Source: a virus
Reading direction: 5' to 3' (one strand)
DNA: 64,000 nucleotides
IMG/VR virus record: IMGVR_UViG_3300010885_031189
Location: 34,320 to 98,319 of that record
Within the stretch, counting starts at the first letter, position 1; every line of letters starts with the position of its first letter. Below are positions 58,352 through 64,000 of the stretch, piece by piece. The notes under the pieces are model-generated. The model was not told the DNA's origin. It made no database searches and was given only the letters and a program-made list of their open reading frames with translations. A program made the translations under genes and the position numbers.

Positions 58352-59785
58352 TTGTTATTAGTGCCTAATCATCATGTAATTGTACCAAAACCAATAGACC
58401 TGTATCTTAAAGTAGATTCTATTTTAGCTACCACTACGATTGATACTAGTCGTGGATCAACTGAACTTGAAATAGTAATGAATGGTGATACGGTATTATT
58501 ACTACCATCCAAACCTATATCGCAATATTTTGTTGAATTATATTTAGATGGGGTTCGTATACTAAATCCCAAGTATCCTACTGAAAAAACAATGGGTATT
58601 CCATTTGAAGAATATAATGTTATTGGAGAGAAGATATTCTTTACAAGTCCTGTAACAGGTAACGTAAAAGTTATAATGGATAGTACTTCAGTTATTCCAC
58701 CTGGTGCGGCCACTATAAAAGTAGAAAATACACAAAGCATGGAAGTGTATAAGTATAGGTTTCATCCAGCAAGATGGGCCCCTGGACAATTGGATTTAGT
58801 TGGTGCGACAGGGGCCAATGGACCTAGAGGGCAAGGAATGAGATGGGATGCTGGCACTAATCAATGGGTACCGGCGAATGTACTAATAAGTGAACCTGTA
58901 GCTCCAGATGTACCCGAAGTTCCAGATACAAGTGGTCCTCGGGTCGCAGTAGGGGCATCTTATGTTAATGCATTGCACTATGTTAACACTGAATTGAGAG
59001 TCAGAGTAGGAGATGCATTATACTGTGAGCCAGTAGTACTTTCGCAACCTGAACATGGTTATGCTAAGTTGAGCATGGATAGAAAAAGCATGGTATATGT
59101 TCCGAACCCCGCTTATTTGGGGTACGACAGTTTTACATATACATTGATGTCCCAACATGGACAAATAGGTATACCAAAATGTGTATTCATTGAAGTGGTT
59201 GTACCAGTTACTGATGATAGTGACCCCATAACGCCTCCACCGCCACCGCCACCTCCTCCTCCGCCACCTCCACCGCCACCACCACCGGTGGACCCTATAG
59301 TATATTTGCCAGGATTACATGTATCAACCTATCTGAATCATTATTATGATGGAGATACAAATTGGTTTACTAATTCTTATTATACACCTACCAGTAGTAT
59401 CATACCTAGTTTGAATCAAACATGGTGGGGATCCACTACAGTTAGTAATGAGTACACTGGATATTTTTATGCTCCGACTGCAGGAATATACACTTTCACT
59501 TTTATTACATCCAATGATAGTTATCTATGGATAGGACCAACTGCACTGAGTGGATATACTGGTACAAATGCATTGATTAATACAAGTGGAAATAATTTTT
59601 TAGTTTCTATCTCACGGACAATTGCATTAGATACGGACACTCATTACCCAATTAGAGTACAATGGGGTGCAAATGGAATTTCTGGAAATTTCATTTCCAA
59701 TTTTCATTCTCCAGCTATTTTATCCGATTCTGTTCAAAATTTGGATAGTTATCTTTCTCATGTTAGTCCAACTTTAGGATTTTGA
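58352..59785 (+). CDS. Virion protein: Ig/cadherin-like domain, poly-Pro linker, PA14/GLEYA-like lectin domain
   Basis: GGAGGA SD with TTG start; QPEHG...YVPNPAYLGYDSFTYT; about 18 consecutive Pro; EYTGYFYAPTAGIYTF...SNDSYLWIG...YPIRVQWG. Confidence 0.7.
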   Translation: MLLVPNHHVIVPKPIDLYLKVDSILATTTIDTSRGSTELEIVMNGDTVLLLPSKPISQYFVELYLDGVRILNPKYPTEKTMGIPFEEYNVIGEKIFFTSPVTGNVKVIMDSTSVIPPGAATIKVENTQSMEVYKYRFHPARWAPGQLDLVGATGANGPRGQGMRWDAGTNQWVPANVLISEPVAPDVPEVPDTSGPRVAVGASYVNALHYVNTELRVRVGDALYCEPVVLSQPEHGYAKLSMDRKSMVYVPNPAYLGYDSFTYTLMSQHGQIGIPKCVFIEVVVPVTDDSDPITPPPPPPPPPPPPPPPPPPVDPIVYLPGLHVSTYLNHYYDGDTNWFTNSYYTPTSSIIPSLNQTWWGSTTVSNEYTGYFYAPTAGIYTFTFITSNDSYLWIGPTALSGYTGTNALINTSGNNFLVSISRTIALDTDTHYPIRVQWGANGISGNFISNFHSPAILSDSVQNLDSYLSHVSPTLGF

Positions 59786-59880
59786 TTATAGACACACAGA
59801 AATCTAATAGTTTTGTTACGACATAAATACATATAATGAATGAGATGTAACAAAGTCTTGTCTTAACCATTGGATCAAAG

Positions 59881-60240
59881 ATGGCCGCACCGAACTTAAT
59901 TAATGTAACAACTATAACAGGTAAGACTAAAGCTGAATGGGTACCTGACACACTGACTGATATTTTGGTTAATGCAGTAGCTAGCTTACAAGCCCATCGG
60001 ATAAATGTTCTGTATGTTACTAATTTATCTGGCACAGACAGTACAACAGTTACAGTAGACCTGTATCGTTCTACCACTAGCTATAAAATAGCAAGTGGTA
60101 TTCCAGTACCAATGGGAAATTCATTGATAGTTATCGCAAAGGATACAAGCATCTACCTAGAAGAAGGAGACACATTGCGAATTTCTTCTAACCAAAACAA
60201 TGTATTACAGTATGTATTATCATATGAGATAATGAGCTAA
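59881..60240 (+). CDS. Small virion structural protein (paralog of 46822)
   Basis: [16 protein letters not shown]...LYVTN...IYLEEGD; late promoter at 59822-59829. Confidence 0.65.
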   Translation: MAAPNLINVTTITGKTKAEWVPDTLTDILVNAVASLQAHRINVLYVTNLSGTDSTTVTVDLYRSTTSYKIASGIPVPMGNSLIVIAKDTSIYLEEGDTLRISSNQNNVLQYVLSYEIMS

Positions 60241-60245
60241 CATAT

Positions 60246-63200
60246 ATGATTAGGTATCTACGACAGCCTGCAGGCTTAATTAATGTTTCTACTGCAAGCA
60301 ACATAACCTCAACAGTACTTGGTACTACATTAACGGTAACTAATCAAACTCCTAGTATATCTACTACAACTGGTGCATTGTTAGTAGTCGGTGGACTAGG
60401 AGTAGCCGGTAACATATATGCCACTAATATAAATGGTACAATAACAAAATCTAATCAGCCAAACATAACTCAGCTTGGTGTCTTAACTGCAGTAAGTGCT
60501 GTAAATTTAACAGTAACTGGCAATTTTGTTATGTCTGGTACTGCTACATATGCTAGTAGCCAAAATTTGGTTGTCAATGATACTATTATATCTTTACACA
60601 CTGGACCTGGATTTGCACCATTAACGGTTGATGACGGTAACGATATTGGTATAGTTATTCATCATTATAAATCAGCCGAGGGGAATAAACAATCCTTTTT
60701 AGGATGGGATAATCTAACTGGTCATTTAAAATATTTGACTCAAACCACTAGTACAAATGGAGTACTAACTGGAACTCCTGGTACAATTGAAGCTGGATCA
60801 TTAATAGTATCAGGAGAGGTAGCTACCGGGTCTGTATACAGTAATAGTTATTTTTATGCCAATGGAACACCTTATTATAACACAGGACCAATCGGTCCTC
60901 AAGGTGATACCGGTGCTACTGGCCCTGATGGTCAATACGGACCAATGGGGGAGATGGGGTTCACAGGATCCACTGGAGCATTAGGATCTACTGGTGCTAC
61001 TGGTATAGGAACTAGAGGATCTACTGGTGCTACTGGTATAGGAACTAGAGGCGGAGATGGGGCAAGTGGTGCTACAGGTGCCACAGGACTGACTGGTACT
61101 AGGGGACAAGATGGAACAGATGGTTCCACTGGTTTAACTGGCCCCAGGGGCATCAATGGAATTGATGGAGCTACTGGATTAGCTGGTACTGCAGGTACAG
61201 ATGGCGCAAGTGGTGCTACAGGTGCCACAGGACTGACTGGTCTTAGTGGACAGGATGGAACAGATGGTTCCACTGGTTTAACTGGCCCCAGGGGCATCAA
61301 TGGAATTGATGGAGCTACTGGATTAGCTGGTACTGCAGGTACAGATGGTGCAAGTGGTGCTACTGGCGCTACAGGACTGACTGGTACTAGGGGACAAGAT
61401 GGAACAGATGGTTCTACTGGTTTAACTGGACCCAGGGGCATCAATGGAATTGATGGAGCTACTGGATTAGCTGGTACTGCAGGTACAGATGGTGCAAGTG
61501 GTGCTACTGGCGCTACAGGATTGACTGGTCCGGTGGGTCCTATTGGAGAAAGTGGAGCTACTGGTTTAACTGGAACTGCAGGTAGAAATGGTGCTAGTGG
61601 TGCTACCGGAACTACTGGTTTAACTGGACCGACCGGACCTGTAGGTGATATTGGAGCTACTGGTTTAACTGGAACTGCAGGCAGAAATGGTGCTAGTGGT
61701 GCTACTGGCGCTACTGGTTTAACTGGACCGGTAGGTCCAACTGGTGACAATGGAGCTACCGGACTTACAGGTAATGCTGGTAATAATGGAGCAAGTGGAG
61801 CTACTGGCGCTACTGGTTTAATTGGCCCATCTGGACCTATAGGACCTATTGGTTCTACTGGATCACTTGGTGCTACCGGTATTCCTGGAACTCCAGGTGG
61901 TGCTACTGGTTTACCAGGGGCTACCGGTCTCATTGGATCAACAGGAGCTATTGGATCAACAGGGTCTACTGGAGTAAGAGGTGCAACCGGCTCAACTGGT
62001 GTAACTGGTGTAACTGGAAATATTGGAGCTACTGGATCAATTGGAGTAACAGGTTCAACTGGTATTCAAGGTAATATCGGTTCTACTGGTTTACAAGGCA
62101 ATATTGGTGCTACAGGAAGTGGTGCTACTGGTGCTACTGGAATATTCTCGGGTACAATTACTCAGCAACTCATAACATCAAATACAATATCATCATCAAA
62201 TACTACATCAGGTGCATTGATTGTAGCGGGCGGTGCTGGAGTAGCTGGAAATGTATATGTAGGTGGTTCAATTGTAGGCGATACATTTGGAACTCATACC
62301 GGAACAGTAGTTGGTAATGTATTTGGTAGACTCATTGGAAATGTCACTGCAATAAATATTACTGGTAGATTACTTGGTAATGTTGTTGGAGATGTTGTTG
62401 GTAGTGTTGTTGGTAATACTACTGGAACTCATACTGGGCCAGTAGTAGCATCTACCTTAATTGCATCACAAGCAACAATCGGTTTATTAAATACAACAGG
62501 ACCAACAAATATAGGTGGTTCATTAAGTATAGTTGGTGATCTACTAGTTACCGGTAACATTGCATATGTAAATGTTATTGATCTTGTAGTCAAAGATCCT
62601 TTAATATACTTAGGGAACTCTAATCCAACAGATATTATTGATTCAGGCATAGTATCCTCATTTACTGAAATAATACCTTCAACTGACCAATTTTCTGCAT
62701 GGCATTTCAATGGTACTAATAATGCTTTGACTATACCAGACAGTACTTTAACTGATTTAGGTAGTGGTAATTTTACAATAGAAGCATGGATTAATCTTGA
62801 TACTACAACAGGATATAGAAGAGTATTTTCAAAACAAAATACTGCAGGTGCTGGTGCTAGAGGAAATTATGTAGTTAGAATATCCCCTACCACAAATTTT
62901 GTATATTTTGAAATTAATGTTGTTAAAATAATAGAAAGTACAACATCATTAAGTATAAACACTTGGTATCATTTTGCAATTGTTAGATCAGCATCTACTG
63001 TTAAATTATATATAAATGGTATTTTAGATGCAACTGCTAGTTATGTTGGAATTCCCACTGGGATCAATGCACTTGCTTGTATTGGTGCTTATACTAGTCC
63101 ATTTAGTGAATGGTTTGCTGGATATATTTCAAATCTAAGATTTACTAAGGGAACTGCAGTATATACTGGGAACTTTACTCCATCTACTACCAGATTAAGT

Positions 63201-64000
63201 CCTACACAACCAATTGGTACTAATATTGCCGAGATAAGTGGTACAAACACAGTATTACTTACTTTACAAAATGCTACTATTATAGATAATTCTAGTAATG
63301 GATTGTCCTTATCGGGTGCTAATCCACCAGTATTACAAACAGTTTCTGATGTTGGCATAGGTCCAGGATTTAATCCTACAGTAAGTTTTCTTTATCAGCA
63401 TACTGGATTAGTAAGAGATGCTAGCGATGGTGTTTGGAAATTATTTGCAAATGTCATACCAGAACCTACTACTACTATAGATTTTACTAATGCTACATAC
63501 AGTCCAATTAAAGTTGGAAATATTACAGCAAACTCAGGGGTGTTTACTGGAAATATTACTGCCGATAATATCACAGTAAATTCATTAACAGCAACGACCT
63601 TTACAGGACAATTAACTGGAACTGCAGCTAATGCTACTTATGTAACTAATCCATCGCAAACATCAATCACAACATTAGGAACATTGACTGGGTTAACAAG
63701 TAATGGTGTAGTAACTATTTCAAATGCTACCGTATCATCAAGTACTACTACTGGTGCATTAACTGTAGGTGGTGGTGTAGGAATTGCAGGAAATATATAT
63801 GTAGGTGGATCTGTATATACAGATAATTATTTCTATGCAAATGGTACACCGTATTATAATACTGGTCCTGTCGGTGCTAGCGGAGCAAATGGATCAAATG
63901 GTGCTACTGGTCCTGTAGGTGCAACTGGTGTATTTTCTGGCACAACAACTCAGCAAATAGTAACATCAAATAGCACACCTTCAACTGATACTACTACTGG
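60246..64000 (+). CDS. Collagen-like long fibre with LamG (concanavalin-A-like) domain; runs off the window, not in ORF track
   Basis: ATG 60246 ([10 protein letters not shown]...); G-X-Y repeats in the same frame at 60885-62140 and again from about 63864; STTTGALxVxGGxG repeats; LamG motifs FTIEAWI...WYHFAIVR...LYING...[11 protein letters not shown]. Confidence 0.85.
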   Translation, partial: MIRYLRQPAGLINVSTASNITSTVLGTTLTVTNQTPSISTTTGALLVVGGLGVAGNIYATNINGTITKSNQPNITQLGVLTAVSAVNLTVTGNFVMSGTATYASSQNLVVNDTIISLHTGPGFAPLTVDDGNDIGIVIHHYKSAEGNKQSFLGWDNLTGHLKYLTQTTSTNGVLTGTPGTIEAGSLIVSGEVATGSVYSNSYFYANGTPYYNTGPIGPQGDTGATGPDGQYGPMGEMGFTGSTGALGSTGATGIGTRGSTGATGIGTRGGDGASGATGATGLTGTRGQDGTDGSTGLTGPRGINGIDGATGLAGTAGTDGASGATGATGLTGLSGQDGTDGSTGLTGPRGINGIDGATGLAGTAGTDGASGATGATGLTGTRGQDGTDGSTGLTGPRGINGIDGATGLAGTAGTDGASGATGATGLTGPVGPIGESGATGLTGTAGRNGASGATGTTGLTGPTGPVGDIGATGLTGTAGRNGASGATGATGLTGPVGPTGDNGATGLTGNAGNNGASGATGATGLIGPSGPIGPIGSTGSLGATGIPGTPGGATGLPGATGLIGSTGAIGSTGSTGVRGATGSTGVTGVTGNIGATGSIGVTGSTGIQGNIGSTGLQGNIGATGSGATGATGIFSGTITQQLITSNTISSSNTTSGALIVAGGAGVAGNVYVGGSIVGDTFGTHTGTVVGNVFGRLIGNVTAINITGRLLGNVVGDVVGSVVGNTTGTHTGPVVASTLIASQATIGLLNTTGPTNIGGSLSIVGDLLVTGNIAYVNVIDLVVKDPLIYLGNSNPTDIIDSGIVSSFTEIIPSTDQFSAWHFNGTNNALTIPDSTLTDLGSGNFTIEAWINLDTTTGYRRVFSKQNTAGAGARGNYVVRISPTTNFVYFEINVVKIIESTTSLSINTWYHFAIVRSASTVKLYINGILDATASYVGIPTGINALACIGAYTSPFSEWFAGYISNLRFTKGTAVYTGNFTPSTTRLSPTQPIGTNIAEISGTNTVLLTLQNATIIDNSSNGLSLSGANPPVLQTVSDVGIGPGFNPTVSFLYQHTGLVRDASDGVWKLFANVIPEPTTTIDFTNATYSPIKVGNITANSGVFTGNITADNITVNSLTATTFTGQLTGTAANATYVTNPSQTSITTLGTLTGLTSNGVVTISNATVSSSTTTGALTVGGGVGIAGNIYVGGSVYTDNYFYANGTPYYNTGPVGASGANGSNGATGPVGATGVFSGTTTQQIVTSNSTPSTDTTT
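61056..61530 (+). repeat. 144-bp tandem repeat (about 3.3 copies) in the collagen region
   Basis: gatgg(g/c/t)gcaagtggtgctac recurs at 61056, 61200, 61344 and 61488 with near-identical sequence between. Confidence 0.85.

Noticed and set aside
60932-61933. 333-aa Pro/Val-rich minus-strand ORF
   Set aside because: Antisense reading of the G-X-Y collagen codons.
4027-63358. The many short 60-200 aa ORFs overlapping long genes (e.g. 31840-32451, 36547-36987, 49369-49887)
   Set aside because: They are nested in or antisense to well-supported genes, with no motifs or RBS.
1-64000. Stop-codon reassignment
   Set aside because: Genes are long and intact in the standard code, and TAA, TAG and TGA all end genes.
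1-64000. Prophage or bacterial contractile injection system locus
   Set aside because: Complete T4-like head genes, a late sigma factor and recombination genes are present, with no host genes, integrase or att site.

Overview
AT-rich segment (roughly one third GC by eye) of a large T4-like myovirus genome, read in the standard genetic code. I saw no tRNA, rRNA, CRISPR array, integrase or IS element. Layout: (1) 1-23736, minus strand: baseplate/tail module (gp48/54-like, gp53, hub, gp5 with lysozyme-like domain, gp25, gp6, two giant wedge proteins, S74-chaperone fibre, adhesin). (2) 23869-29945, plus strand: gp55-like late sigma factor, Hef-like endonuclease, gp47/gp46 (Mre11/Rad50), Holliday-junction resolvase. 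(3) 29946-30519: about 570 bp non-coding, with a densely base-paired, pseudoknotted RNA-like element followed by DNA-type GCGAAGC/GNA hairpins. (4) A tail-assembly chaperone pair with a -1 slippery site, divergent from a tape-measure-like gene. (5) Head module (portal, protease, scaffold, major capsid) flanked by two more Hef-like copies, then class II RNR nrdJ. (6) 43.8-64 kb: virion appendage/fibre genes, including a graded acidic repeat protein, a PA14 lectin and a collagen/LamG fibre. A T4-type late promoter (NNTAAATA) precedes many structural genes. Best candidates for novelty: the structured RNA plus ssDNA-hairpin locus (possibly an RNA-primed origin), the programmed frameshift, the nuclease/Mom-like GNAT fusions, a three-way-junction leader and leaderless late mRNAs. 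All family assignments come from motif recognition by eye, not database searches.
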